Below, piece after piece: positions 13,957 to 28,134 of a stretch of DNA of 64,000 bases (the first letter of the stretch is position 1; each line of letters opens with the position of its first letter). A program made the position numbers and the translations under genes. The notes under the pieces are model-generated. The model had not been told where the DNA came from and made no database searches. It was given only the letters and a program-made list of their open reading frames with translations. The DNA is taken from positions 58,094,001 through 58,158,000 of the forward strand of contig OZ024746.1 in the NCBI GenBank assembly GCA_964016885.1, read 5' to 3'. Source of the stretch: Eledone cirrhosa (taxonomy: Eukaryota).

Positions 13957-15470
13957 CTCTCTGAATGTGTATGTGTGTTTCTCAACGCGGAAGGTGCACA
14001 GATTTTAACAACACAGCATCAGGCGTGTTAAGAATATCTAACACAGCGTTTCCTCTTGCTTACGCACTTTCTCTTGCTATGCGGGGTGATACGAAATCAC
14101 TATTTTGTATAACTGTCATACATGCTGTATTTCTATTGATCATACTTATAATTAAAACGACCAGCCTCGTCACATATTGTATCACGCCGATTCGGTTAGA
14201 GAATAACGTTAAGGATGCATATCTCTGTGGAATACATAAACAGTTTCAATATAATTTAAGATTCATTTTACTTGTATTTAAAACGTTCAGCCTTTTCACA
14301 TTTTGAACCATACTCCTGTGAAGATTTTTCTTCTTCTTCTCTGTGTTCTGTGTTCAAATCCCTACCAAATTAACTTTTATCCTTTTGGGGGTTGAGAAAG
14401 TAAATTATGTGTACAATGCCATGAATTATGATAATTGTTAGAGCGTCAGATAAAAGGATGTATGCTATGTGTTCTTGATATTTGCAAGCAAATTTATTGG
14501 CTGACACACTTATTTTTATCAGTTTAACACCTTATTATACTCGTATAGAATGAGCTGTACAAAAGTGAGTTGAACATAGAACCACAGAATTGCGAAGCGA
14601 GTTTTCTAATCAGACAGCTAAGCTCTAATCTGGTTCACTGAAAATAGAGTTAGTGAATAAGAGTAAACAACTAATAGTCCAATAGAAGAAACTGGTCAAA
14701 TGAAAATGTGTATGGTTAAGAGAGGTTGAGTGCGTAAAGAAGATGAGGTGGAAGATGGCGGAAACGAAAAGAAGAAAATAGCAATAATAAAGGAAGTAAA
14801 TCAACAAGAATAAGAAGAATGAAAAACGTAGAAGGAAAACAAGAAAACGATGGCATGAGAAGGTTGAAAGAATTTAAAGGGGGAGGGGGGGGGGGGGGCT
14901 ATGAAGAAAAGTAAAATATAAAGTCAACAAAACAACAACAGCTACGGCAATAGCATCAACAACACAAATGTCAGCAACAACATCAACAACAACGACTAAA
15001 ACTTCACCAACGGCAACACCTACGCATCTTCTCAAATTGAGACATCAGTATCGAGGAAATAGCTAGCTATGAAGTAAATGGGATTTAAAATCCATGAATA
15101 TATTATGTAAATGAAATTCACTTCAAATGCAGTAACCAATTGACTGCGATATCAACGAACATATTGTTCATGGTGCAATTAAAAATTCTAAATTGGGCCT
15201 CATTTTGGATATTGCAGCTAAGCTCATTTAACAATGGAAACCATTACAATCAAATATTCATAATGGTCTCGTGCAGATAGGAGGGAGACACAGAGACAGA
15301 GTGAGAGTGAGCGAGAGAGAGATTGAATCACACACACACGAGACAGGCAGACAGAGAAAGACTGATAGAAAGAGACAGAGAAAGAAACGGCTATGCAGAA
15401 AGATAATGGATTCAAAAATACAGACACACATAATAGACATCGGCATGATTGAGATTTCATGAGAACCATC

Positions 15471-15572
<102 letters not shown>

Positions 15573-15884
15573 ACACAGGAACGTTCGACTTTCGTCAATT
15601 CGGACCGAGGTCTTTCCAGTTGCTAATACTATCTATCGGTCACAACTCCAGGTAGAAGAAGCAATGTGAAATAAAATGTCTTGCTCAAGGACAAAACGCA
15701 TCGCCGGTTCCGGAATCGATCTCACAGCCTCACGCGTTCACTACATATATATATATATATATATAAAATGAAAGGTATATAAATTGTTTTAGCGACAAGC
15801 TAATAGTATTCTATAACATATATATATATATACAGACAAAAGGTATCAATTTAGTGTATCTGTATATATTTATTATACATACAT

Positions 15885-15933
<49 letters not shown>

Positions 15934-15950
15934 CACGTATCAACACAGAC

Positions 15951-15983
<33 letters not shown>

Positions 15984-16088
15984 AATAAATATATATATAA
16001 TATAATATATATAATATATATAATATAATATATATAATATAATATATATATATATATATAAATAAATATATATATATATATATATATA

Positions 16089-16186
<98 letters not shown>

Positions 16187-17609
16187 TATATATATATATT
16201 TATATATATATATATATAAATGAAAGGTATAGAAATTGTTTTAGCGACAAGCTAGTAGTATTCTATAACATATATATATATATATATACAGACAAAAGGT
16301 ATAAATGTAGTGTATCTATATATATTTACTAGCAGTAAAGCCCGGCGTTACTCGGGGTCGCTCAGTAGCTGTGTTAAAGTTACAATGTTAAGTTTCTTTT
16401 TTGGCTTAAAAACTGTAGTGTCTACTGTGCAGACTTGCATGTGGTGTTTTTGATTAATATTCCCTCAACCAACAATATGCCTTATGAAGTTAAGAAAACA
16501 TAACGATAACCCGAATGTTATAACAAAAGAGGATGCTGGGTATAAAAACTGCACTAGTTATTTATTAACAAAGATCGAAAATGTAAACACTGCAACGCAG
16601 AGAAAAACATTAGCGTAACCAAATTATCAGTTATTTTGAAACAAAGAAATTGGATGGACATGAAGAACTAAAAAAAAATGCGTTATCTGAAGTCGAGGGG
16701 GCAGGCAGCATCAAAGAGGTTTGCACTTGTGATAAAAAATATTGACAATGTAATAGCTCAGATGTTTAAGTATAAAGTATGAAGAGCTCATAACATACCC
16801 ATGGTGAGTTTGACGGGCAGATTATAGACAGCCACAGCATGCGAAATGGATAGCTGCAGCAAAAGCCATATTCACCAAAAAGAATCACTAAAATCAACAA
16901 AACAGAAATGCTGCTTCCATCTTCAGGTGCAACTGAGAATGATGACGAAAGTTTACTTTGACGCACCAGAAATGCTGTTGTCGCTTGTTGTCCATGTCGG
17001 AATGCATATTGAAACAATGAAAGAAATGACGGAAACAATCTGTGTATGTATGCGGCAAGTTGTGTGTGTCTATGTATTAAACGCCGGACTTGTCAGCGAC
17101 TGGAGGGGTGTCCTTAACAATCGAAAGCATCAATTCCAGAGTCCACTTTCACTTGCAAGCAATGCCGGGCCTATAGGTCTCGTGATGTGTCCTATGGTGT
17201 CAGAGGCGTTGTGCTTGTTAAGAAGTTGGCGTCATGTCGTCAGTTTCGAAGTTGCTGATGTCGCGTGTGTGTTAATGCATGAGCACGCATGTATGTCGTT
17301 CTTTTAACTGTGTGTGGGCGTATGTGTGGGTGCATATGATGGCGGTGTGTGCAAATACGAAGTGCGAATAAGTTTGTATATAGTTCTGTTGTTTGACATA
17401 TATTTGTACAATGGTAGACAATTCAAATGAGAAGTGATTCACTGTTGCATTGGTAACTGTAAATTACTCTGCAAATACACTGAAAGGTATGTCTAGGTGT
17501 CAATAGAATGCACTGCGTCAATGTTGAATATGTCTCCTTTTTTCAGGTTTCGTAGATGCTATATATTTAAGGCAGTTGGTGTAACATTGCCATTTTGAAC
17601 ATAAAAACT

Positions 17610-20600
17610 CTATAAAACCTCACGGTATACAATATTCTTTGTTTTTCCATTTGGAGCAAAGGCAAAAAGGTTATTCCGGCTGCCAACTCGGGAACATCCA
17701 ACGTAGAATTGTCCATGTGAGAAACATGGTTCCTCCAGGTGAAGTCCTGCAACAGATAAAGTCTGACCCTGGGACTTGTTGATGGACATAGCAAAGGCAG
17801 CACGAAGGGGAAATTGAGTTCTTTTAAAAGAATAGGGTGCATCCACTTCTGATGTAGTAAGAGTTACCATAGGTATTAAAACATCTTCTCCTTTTCCACA
17901 CCCTGACATAATCGTAGCATAAATAATGTGCTGTGACATCCTATTGACAACAAGGCGTGTACCATTGCAAAGCTTCGGAGGAGTTATATTCCTGAGAAGT
18001 ATAACTGGACATCCTTCCTTGAGAGACAAAATATGTTGAGGTAGACCAGGAATGTCCAATGAATTGAGGAATTCAATGGGATAACTGACCGCATCATGTG
18101 GATCAACATTGGTATCAATAGACTTAAAAGTCATATCATTTCCAGGAAGACTTTCAAGCATTTGGCGATTAATGGCGGAGACAGTGACATTTGTAGGCCC
18201 AATATAGCCCTCTCACACAGCCATGCATGATTGCGGTAATTATCTACCAAGCTGGGAAAAACGGCTGCCTTGAGATCTTCGACAGTGTTAACCAGACAGC
18301 ATATATTGTCGAGTGCAATGTCTCTATGCACATCTGAAGGTACTTTGCCGTCGCCAAGAATGAGAAGGTCTTCAGCAAATTTTTCAGACACAGTATCGCC
18401 ATGCAGTTGAATACGCATGTTAGTGGTCAGACGAAGTGTTGTTATCTGTTGCCACAATGGAGAAGACTTCAGGCAGGCCCGAACTTGATCCGCTCTGGTG
18501 CCCTTTGGAATAACCGGCAAAGTTTGTCGAAAGTCCCCTGAAAGCAAAAGAGTTACACCCCCCATGGTCTCCTGACAGTCTCTAATGTCTTTTAGCGTTC
18601 TATCTAAGGCCTCAATAGCTCCTTTGTGAGCCATGGTACATTCATCCCACACAATCAGTTGGAACCACCGTAGCAGTTCTGCTCTGGGACTATCCTTGGT
18701 GATGTCACAGAGTGGTGTTTCAGCTGATACCAAGTTAAGCGGAAGCTTAAAGGTAGAATGTGCTGTCCTGCCGCCAGGAAGTAGTGCTGCAGCAATACCA
18801 GATGATGCAACAGCTATTGCGATAACTTCATTCTGTCTAACTTTGGCAAGAATAAGTTTAGTCACAAAGGTTTTCCAGTGCCTCCAGGGGCATCAAGAAA
18901 GAAGATACCACCCGATCGATGAAATACATAATCAGTGATAGTGTTGTATGCTAATTGTTGATCAGGAAGTAGTTTTGATTCCATTTGAAACACATATCTA
19001 GCTAGAGCATCGACATCATAAGATGTTTCTTGGATGATGAGAATTGGAATTTTATTAGAATCAGTGCGGTGGGTTTGTGGAAGACCGTATGCTGGCAAGA
19101 CATTCCCACCCATAAGGAAAACCCTGTCCTCTATATCTATAAGCCCTTTATTGTATAAATCATCACTGAAATCTATTTCTATGTCAGGAAGTAGTAGTTG
19201 AGCCTGGTGAAGGAAGTCCTCAGACAGTTGGTTCCGAAACTTCAACCATAATGTGTAGGGATCACAAATGTTACATAAGTGAAGAAGCTTTGCAAAGACC
19301 TCTCGTAGGCTTCCAGCTGAGTGTGATGAAGCGATCTCCACCAAGGTTGCATCCCATCGTGAGTCATCTTCAAGCATTCCACGAGCCAAACAGGCATCTC
19401 TGTATGTAGACCAAACACGATTACTGAAAGTTCTGAGGTCCTGAAAACTGGTCGGTCCTTTGACCTCATGCAGTAGCATTCGAAGATAGAAGCACCTGTG
19501 TTGATTTGGAGGAATCGTATACACTCGCCCCAAGCAATTAGTGAATTTGATTCCAGGAACTCCAATAACTGGTTCGCCAGTCTTTCTGCGACACCATGTT
19601 TTTTTGTTCCATGTGTAGTATGATGGCACCTGAGGATACAGCAATGATTTTGCGAACTCATCGTATTTGCACAGTTTGAAGAATCCAGTTAAAGTTGTCT
19701 CCCTTGGGGTCTGTGCTAATTCAGCGGCATTTTCATTGGTATAATACACCCGTTGACCGTGTTCTAGGTGTACATCTAATTTTACAATTGAAGGGTGCCT
19801 ATCATGTATTGGAAAACCAAAGATTCGCCAAAAGGCCTCGCTACTACTTATGTATCGACCTACTTGGAATTGTGTTACTTCGTCTCTATTATTTTCGTTG
19901 AGTATACCGAACGAAGCAGCGTCAGAACCTTTATTAACATACTTACATATGTATTTGATGCACTTGACGGAGCTACAGAATTCAACATTAATGTGTGCGT
20001 TGAAAGTACTGAGCAGGAGTGGATACTAGGGAATGATCCATCTGTTGTCAACCTCACCATTCTTAACCCTAGCCGTAAAACCTCCATCTTCAGGTCGCCT
20101 ACGTCTATATAATGGGTAGCCATCATTGCCAGTCTGAGTATCGCGAATAAATTGACGGGGAAATTTTTTAGTGCATCTTTTATTGCCTGTAACGCATGGT
20201 AAGTCGGTTCTAAAGCCAGGCCCACATGGACCATGCACCATATGTGCCCTAACTTTCATGTACAAGTCCTTGTCAGTGGAAGGATCTGGTAATTCTGCAG
20301 AGATGATCCTGTCAATGTCGTTAGAACTAACCTTTGTTGTCAGCCAAATAAGAATATGAGCATGGGGGAGGCCCCTTTTTTGCCATTCGATTGTGTACAT
20401 GTCACATTGAACTGGTCCGAAAACCTCCCCTAATTTCATAAGATCCATAAGCTTAAGTAACTTAAGTCGGAATACTCTAGCTGCGAGATCATGTCGGCGT
20501 GTGGCGTTCTGACCAGGAAGGAGTTCGTCCTCAATCTCCTTCCAATTGGGGTTACATGTAAAAGTTATGAATAAGTCTGGCCTACCGTAATGTCGTACAA

Positions 20601-22374
20601 TTGTCATGGCGTCCTGAGTCCTTTCATGCATATATCGAGGGCTTCCCGTGAAGGTAGAGGGCAGAATGCATACTTTTCCAAGACTCTCAGGATCCGCATC
20701 ATTGTTCATTCCATCCCGAAGGTGTATGTAGCTGTCACAACGCAACTTTTTTTGATTGAGTTTGATAAAACACAATCTCTCTGATTCCATTGTTGCACAC
20801 ATGTCAGTTGCATACTGGTTGAAAAGGTCTTGAGAGCGGTGGAGGTGATTAAAACAGTCATCTCGGATCATGAATCGAAATGCATAGAAGTCCTTGCATG
20901 AAACTGTTTTGGTAGAATGAACCTCTGAATTGGTAGAGTTACATTGTGGAATGCCAAAATGGTATCCACCCTCTCCATATACAAAAAGCAGTGGGCATTG
21001 GAGTGCGTCGTATGATCTGTGTGTTTCACTGATCCGTTGAAGTCCGTGGTCGCGATGCTTGATAACAATGTCACGTTTGTTGTTCTGATCACCAGCGAGA
21101 AGTATCGCAACCTCATTCAAAGAAGGTGAATTATAGCGGCCTGCACGTTCTCCAGATGGCCGCTTGTCAGCATCAATGACAACATAGTAATTATCAACAG
21201 GAGCTGTTTCTAATGCATATTTAAAGCACTGAACATAGCTGTTGTGACTATGAAGCATGTCTTGAAGTTCAAAAAGGAGCTCCTGTCTAGTGTCATAGGC
21301 AATTGAATATTTCCTTGTTGCTTGTGGACAGTCAGTTAACTTATTCGTTTTTTTCTTTTGGGAAGGCAAATGTAATTCGCCTTGTAGCTTGTTGATGGCA
21401 GTTGGACATGAAGTAGACCTGGAGAAATCGGGGCTCTTTATTATCTACAGGCTCCAGTGATCCGATAAGATGATAAACCTGACCTTGAACTTTGAAAGTG
21501 GGCATAAATCCACCTTCATATTCATAACTCGATCCAAAAGATGTCATTTGGAAGGCACAATTATAATGTCGAATATCTAGAAGGAAAGCTCTGGAGAGTG
21601 AATGGGTGCCTGTAAGAAGAAGCCTCAATGGCTGTGGTGAATGTCTAGGAAGGTGCAAGTTGACCTTACCATTAGAGCAGCACATTCCGGCTGGTTCGCC
21701 CGGCCACTTTTTAGCTTTGCAAAACTGGCAAATTCCAGACATGTCACCAATTTGAATATGAAGGTGTGTAGCATAATTATTAGCGGGGACATAATTGAAA
21801 GCCTTCAATGACCACCGTGATTTCGCAGCCCTCGAAATACCCCGCTTATTGGCTTTATACTGAAAAACACCCCCCCAGTCGAATAGTTCGGTTACCTGCT
21901 GTCTCCGCTTCTCGCGCAGCTGCAGTAGCAGCCGTATCTCTGCTCTGACGAAGTCTACGTTCAATAGCATTCTCTGCAGCTCGTACAGTTGCAGTAGCAG
22001 CCGCATCTCTGCTTTGACGGAGTTTACGTTGAACATCATTCTCTGCAGCTCGCGTAGCTGCTTTTGCCGTTGCATTTCTTGCAAGCTGAGTTTGACGTTC
22101 CACGTGATTCACTGCAGCACATAAGGATGCAGTTGAAGAAGCATTTCTGGTGCGTCGGAATAAACATTCGTCATCATTCTCAGTTACCTGTGAAGGTGCA
22201 ATGGAAGCAGCATTTCTGTCCTGTTGACAGAGCTGTTGCATTCACTGAACACCCCGCTATTTCAGGCTGTCTAATGCTCGACGACGCCTCAGTCAGCCTC
22301 CTTCTTTTCGTTATCTGAGACCGCGTCAGTCGTAATAAGGGTGTCCTTTTTTTAGGCATCAGGGTGGTGGGCAC
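17610..22374 (-). pseudogene. Helitron RepHel (HUH/Y2 Rep nuclease plus PIF1 helicase), broken by several frameshifts
   Basis: ORF pieces carry CCSNGKV, RPDLFITFTCNP, EWQKRGLPHAHILIW (HUH), KYICKY (Y2, read near 19940-19960), DAPGGTGK (Walker A), IVWDECTM, GDFRQTLPV and FAMSINKSQGQT. Confidence 0.95.
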
Positions 22375-22801
22375 GATATGACAAAGGAATCTGACAAATG
22401 TATCTTAAATATAAAACAATGCGAACAAATAAATTTTGCAAATCATTCAATTTTGCGAATCAATTCATCTAATGAGGAAAGCACTCAAAATTCTAGAAAA
22501 TGTCATAGATGCACTATTTACAAAGTCATCTTTACATGAACACGCATGCGTTTAATAGGGAAAGTTTGCTAACCGTCGTAATAAAAAAATAAATATCAAT
22601 AACTTACGAAGTAATGAACTCGCCGAACTTTTAAAGCGTTGTAGCATACAAAGGCAGTACAGTGCAAATGAAGCTATTAAACAAACTGGCGAAAAGTATT
22701 CCAATTCACTCTACTTGAGATTCCAATTCACTCTACTAAAGATTTACTTAATCGTCTGCACATTCGCTAATCGTCTGCTCATTCCATAAAAGGGAAATAA
22801 T

Positions 22802-23052
22802 CGCCTATATCACCTCTCTGCATGGCTGTCTGTCTGCATGCCTATATCACCTCTCTGAACGACTGTCTGTCTGTACGCCTATATCACCTCTCTGCATGAC
22901 TGTCTGTCTGCACGCCTATATCACCTCTCTGCACGACTGTCTGCCTGCACGCCTATATCACCTCTCTGCACGACTGTCTGTCTGCACGCGTATATCACCT
23001 CTCTGTACGACTGTCTGTCTGCACGCGTATATCACCTCTCTGCACGACTGTC
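22802..23052. repeat. 37-bp subterminal minisatellite of the Helitron, about 7 copies
   Basis: Unit cgcctatatcacctctctgcacgactgtctgtctgca repeated; remnants also at 62236-62305. Confidence 0.9.
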
Positions 23053-23354
23053 TATGTAAACAGAACAAAGGGAAATAACTCGTCACTTACGCTCAAAAAT
23101 CGATACATTAGATTCGATTTCGTCACATAGGGTGAGTCAATTTGAAATATTTTTTTCCCGATGTCTTCGCTAGGGCTCTATGTACAAGTATAGCAATTTC
23201 GGTGCAATTCCGTCAGAGATTCTAAGAGGAGATGTGTGCCAAAAATCGATAGACAGACAGACAACCACAGCTTTATATATAGAGATTATACATACATATA
23301 CATACATATATATATATATATGAATATATATATATATATACACGTATCAACACA

Positions 23355-23392
<38 letters not shown>

Positions 23393-23394
<2 letters not shown>

Positions 23395-23784
23395 TAAAAG
23401 AATAGAGGTGTAACACACAAGTTATAATGTATTGGTAAACGGAAAAGAAAATGCTGACAAATTGTTCACAGTGAAAAATAGTTTAATTAGGAATAAGTGA
23501 GTATTAGTAATAGTATTGGTTAGTATTCAGTTTTGGTTTTAAGTTTTACCGGTTGCGCATTTCTAATGCTTTTCAAAAATAATTTTGAGATAGAGCGTCC
23601 GTGATTGAGCAAACATCACGGACGCTCTATCTCAAAATTATTTTTGAAAAGCATTAGAAATGCGCAACCGGTAAAACTTAAAACCAAAACTGAATACTAA
23701 CAAATACTATTACTAATTCTCACTTATTCCTAATTAAACTATTTTTCACTGTGAACAATTTGTCAGCATTTTCTTTTCCGTTTA

Positions 23785-23790
<6 letters not shown>
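23393..23790. repeat. Near-perfect palindromic element, about 176-bp arms and 9-nt spacer
   Basis: 23430-23605 is the inverse of 23615-23790. Bounded by (TA)n. Confidence 0.9.
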
Positions 23791-23821
<31 letters not shown>

Positions 23822-23992
23822 CAAAGGAAGTGTGGTAAGCAACCAGAGGGAACATAACGCACCAGAGTACCCAATACTTAGGGTGGTAGAGTGGGTAATA
23901 GGAAAAAGTTTAACGCCGAATACTGGGCTCAAGCCGTTTCGACGGCTATTTCTGGACGGCTTCAGCTCTGCCGTCGGGGTTAAACTTTTTCC

Positions 23993-24024
<32 letters not shown>

Positions 24025-24645
24025 TGTGTATGTATGTATGTATGTGTGTATGTATGTATGTATGTATGTATGTTGCCTTCTCCTAGAATAATGCCCTGAT
24101 AAAGGTTAGTGGTCCTTCACTCCCAGTGGTTTAACAGCGCGATCGGGTGTCCATGTCATGGAACCGGGATAACTTCGATATAAAACCTGCGGCTCAGTAG
24201 TTACCGATGATGTTGATATTTTCTTCTTTTCGGGTTATAGCTACTGTCGCTCAGAGAGTGGGATTGATTCAGTGCACAGTCTTTCCTCACTTTAATAAAT
24301 ATCTTCATTGCACGACAGAATTAATAAATAATTATTAATAATGGTATATCGTGCAATGGCCATACTCTATAATGAGGGGCAGCCATCGTGTATGTATGTA
24401 TGTGAACGCCTCAATAGTATTAATTAGGGAACAAAGAATCAGAGTTGTATCATGCAACATATTTAATCACATATTACATATGCTTCACCCAGGATTGCAT
24501 ACACCCAAAGATTTGACCAAACACAATTCAGCATGATAAAATCGAATTGACCCATATATTCTAATAAATGCTGTGACAACTCAAAATAACAAATCAGGTG
24601 TCTAACAACTCTGCCATATTTAGACGTGAGTCTACATGTGATAAC

Positions 24646-24736
24646 ACATATCTGAGGAGCTTTCGATTCCAGAGTGAGGAACGAACATAATCAATCGTTC
24701 CTTGAACTTATCGGCAGTGAAACATATGTAATATGT
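24646..24736 (+). ncRNA. Type I hammerhead with extended stem II
   Basis: ACATAT-CTGAGGA-gctttcgat...atcggcagt-GAAACATATGTA-ATATGT. Lies in a fold-back element (24420-24485 inverse of 24716-24783). Confidence 0.75.
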
Positions 24737-24852
24737 GATTAAATATATATTTGATGCAACACTGATTCTTTGTTTCCTAATCATTGTGTATATATATATA
24801 TATATATATATGGAGGAGGTTATAGTTAACTTGAAGCATTGTGTAATGAGGT

Positions 24853-25987
24853 ATAAACGTGTGTATATGTATAATAAAGCCAAAACAATGCAGGTATGGA
24901 CATAGAATAAAGAATGCAAATGTAACAGATATTGTTGACAATTAGGCTTTTACCTTAGATTTATTTAAATGTCCTTAATTTTCGAGATATCTCTTCTTGA
25001 GAGGGAAGTAAAGGTCTCAAACCAGTGTTCTAAATAGCTTGCCAAGTCATGCTGACAGGAAATGGTATAGAGTATCTGTTCTATCTCTAATGTCAAAGAG
25101 TTAAAATTAGGTGGATAAAGAGTAGTCTCCCTTTAAAAGGGGTTTGTTTTTGTTTTTTTTTGTTTTTTTATACATGCCTGTTTAAGTGTGTGGGAGAATG
25201 CATGAAGGTGTAAGTATGTGAGTGTGTGTGTGTGTGAGTTATAAAAGAACGCCTCAATACTAACGCTTCCTCATTTAAGAAACACCAAGTTAAATGCAAA
25301 AACACCGACAAAACGATAAAAGTTAGGATAGAAACTAGGGAAAGAAACCTCGGCAATCTTAGAATTAAGGAAGCACTAATTATAGATAAAACACAACCAC
25401 CAATCAATAATAGACTAGAACTCAACACCCAATTTATAACCTGATAGAGCTTCTAGCCCCATATTTACACCCCCCCCACACACACACACGCACGCACGCA
25501 CACACACACGCTTACAACTCCACTTATTCTCTCTCACACATACACACACAAAACCAGTTCTAACACCAGATAACACCTATCCCCCACATTTACGAATAGA
25601 CTTATCTTCTCACACACACACACTCACATACATACACCTTCATGCATTCTCCCACACACTTAAACAGGCATGTATAAAACAACAAAAGAAACAAAAAAAA
25701 AACCTTTTAAAGGGAGACTACTCTTTATCCACCTAATTTTAACTCTTTGACATTGGAGATAGAACAGATACTCTATACCATTTCCTGTCAGCATGACTTG
25801 GCAAGCTATTTAGAACACTGGTTTGAGACCTTTACTTCCCTCTGAAGAAGAGATATTATCTCGAAAATTAAGGACATTTAAATAAATCTAAGGTAAAAGA
25901 CTAATTGTCAACAATATCTTTTGCATTTGCATTCTTTATTCTATGTCCATACCTGCATTGTTTTGGCTTTATTATACATATACAAAC

Positions 25988-25992
<5 letters not shown>
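24853..25992 (+). mobile_element. Truncated PLE: inverted pseudo-LTR, GIY-YIG C-terminus, pseudo-LTR
   Basis: 24853-25240 is the inverse of about 25615-25992. 25241-25444 translates IKERLNTNASSFKKHQVKC...LRIKEALIIDKTQPPINNRLE. HHR at 25839-25873. Confidence 0.85.
25839..25873 (+). ncRNA. Minimal type I hammerhead ribozyme in PLE pseudo-LTR
   Basis: CCT-CTGAAGA-A-GAGATA(t)TATCTC-GAAAATTA-AGG followed by AATAAA. Mutated mirror copy at about 24972-25003. Confidence 0.75.
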
Positions 25993-26034
<42 letters not shown>

Positions 26035-26087
26035 ATAAAATAAAATAAATAAGTAAAACGTTTAAAATTTAGCTTCGTTTATTACTG

Positions 26088-26147
26088 CTATATATATTTC
26101 GGTGACAGCCATCTTTGGCTGTGACCTCTTCAGGTAGTCCGAATTAG
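26088..26147 (-). ncRNA. Type I hammerhead ribozyme
   Basis: Minus: CTAC-CTGAAGA-GGTCACAGCC(aaagat)GGCTGTCACC-GAAATATATA-TAG followed by AATAAA. Confidence 0.75.
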
Positions 26148-26289
26148 TGTGGTATAGACAAGTACATATGTTGTTGAGGTGTACAACTTTGTCAATACTC
26201 TGATATGCCCAGTTCCTGGTTGGGTTGTTATTTCAGTGAGGAACTGGAATCATATGAATTCAAACAAACGAATTTCAGTGTCAAAGGGC

Positions 26290-26366
<77 letters not shown>

Positions 26367-26959
26367 TCAAAATCTATATATATATATATACTTACTTTTA
26401 TCGAAATATTAAACGACAGGATATAAGCTAGATAAGTATACCATTGCAATATATGCAGTGTCCTATATTTAAACCAGTGACCTTAGATTGTTTACAAGAA
26501 ATATCTTCTATCTTTCACAATAATGTAATTTCAATCTCTCTCTGTGCATTTCCTGTAGCTAACAATGTTCTATGCATTTTCCTTCGTCCACATCCAATCT
26601 AATAATATTGACCAATACCACAGTTACAATCCATACTCAATATATTTCGTTTTAATCTAGCTTTGGTCTCACTATCCCGTTTAATATCCTGTTAAAATAT
26701 CGTTTAATAGTCGCAGAGAGAGAAACAGGTAATGTACAATGTATGGTATATCTTATTTCTTTGTTAAGATTGTCACATAACGTTGACAGGCGGAAATCTG
26801 CTTATTTCTCTTGTCATTACTGCTGTCCCATTCATTCTACTATTTGTGTAGCTATTGCTTTAAATCCCCCCACTATTAACATCACCGTTTCTATATATCA
26901 ATAACTGTATATCTCAAAAAAAAAGATAAATGATTCTACACACACACATATATATATAT

Positions 26960-27092
<133 letters not shown>

Positions 27093-28134
27093 TATATGTT
27101 TGTGTGTGTGTGTGTGTGTGTGTGCGTTTTTTCTCTGGGAGTATGTGTCTAAGTATATCGTTTATATATGCGTTTAAAGGTGTATGTGTTTTTCTACGCA
27201 TCCACCGGAAAATCTGTCTAGCAAGCAAGCCGTTTTGTTTGATACATGCATACTTTGTATACTACTATTACTACTACTTCTTTATATCTCACAATCTATA
27301 TTGAATCTAGCAGGCGAAATAATGGTTTTTATTAGTGATCGAGAAGGCTGTTCTCTTTCAGATTGTAAATCTTTGATCATAAAGACTTGAGTTTCACCCT
27401 CTAAAAGCTGTACATTATAAACCATTTCTTTTTCAAGATGTCTCTTCAATGGAACTTCCACCAAATATAATCCGAAAGAAGAATCTCCCTATTTAAAAAC
27501 GTATATTTTCAATCTCAGCTCAAGGAATGGATTATTACTTATACTTGTCTTTGCTTATTTTTTATTATTTTTGTTTTACTGATATATTTGTCGTTGTTGC
27601 TATATCTTTCTTCGATACGTTTCTCTTCGTTTTTATTAGATTTGTTATATTTTCAACAACAAAAGGCTTGAAAGAAATCGAAAAACACATGTATTTTTTT
27701 CTCGTCTATTTTGATTTTTAGCAATATGCCGCTATTAAACATTAAATTGTTGTGTTGATGGGGAGATGATCAAGAGGACTTACGTACTAGATATTCGTCA
27801 TACTAAGTGAAGAAATAGGATTCCTTGCGTACATAGCTTCAATATTGATTTCATGAAACCTGGTCACCAAACCTGCGGATTGTATTAGAAAGCAGCCCAG
27901 CTATTGAAGGATTGGCAAATTGTCGGTTCTAATTTCGTTATTTGATAATTCAATATAAGGGTTATTAATATCTTCAAATACACGTTAAATCTTTGTAAAT
28001 CCATGTAAGTTCAAGTTATGTTTTTTTTTATAGACTACGTGAAAATGTCAGAACGGTATAGTGAAGACAGGGATACCTTTTATTGTAAGGATATTTGATT
28101 AACATTTTTCCGAGGTTAAAGAAATACTATTATT

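Larger units (their letters stand above)
16329..23285 (-). mobile_element. Full-length Helitron (rolling-circle transposon), coding region frameshifted
   Basis: Minus strand begins TC(TCTATATATAAAGC) at 23285 and ends CTAG at 16329. Subterminal hairpin CCCGGCGTTACTCGGG near 16341-16356. Sits between host A and T with no TSD. Contains Rep and PIF1 coding pieces. Confidence 0.95.

Noticed and set aside
17610-18865. Host PIF1 helicase gene
   Set aside because: Intronless, frameshifted, fused to a HUH Rep and bounded by Helitron termini.
22802-23052. 37-bp repeats as CRISPR or iterons
   Set aside because: Contiguous units with no spacers, inside a Helitron.
23770-23790. Shared ttccgttta terminus between the palindromic family and the retrozyme-like family
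   Set aside because: Short, and the palindromic family extends about 40 bp further in two arms (2925-2960, 23393-23430), so it is not clearly a shared end.
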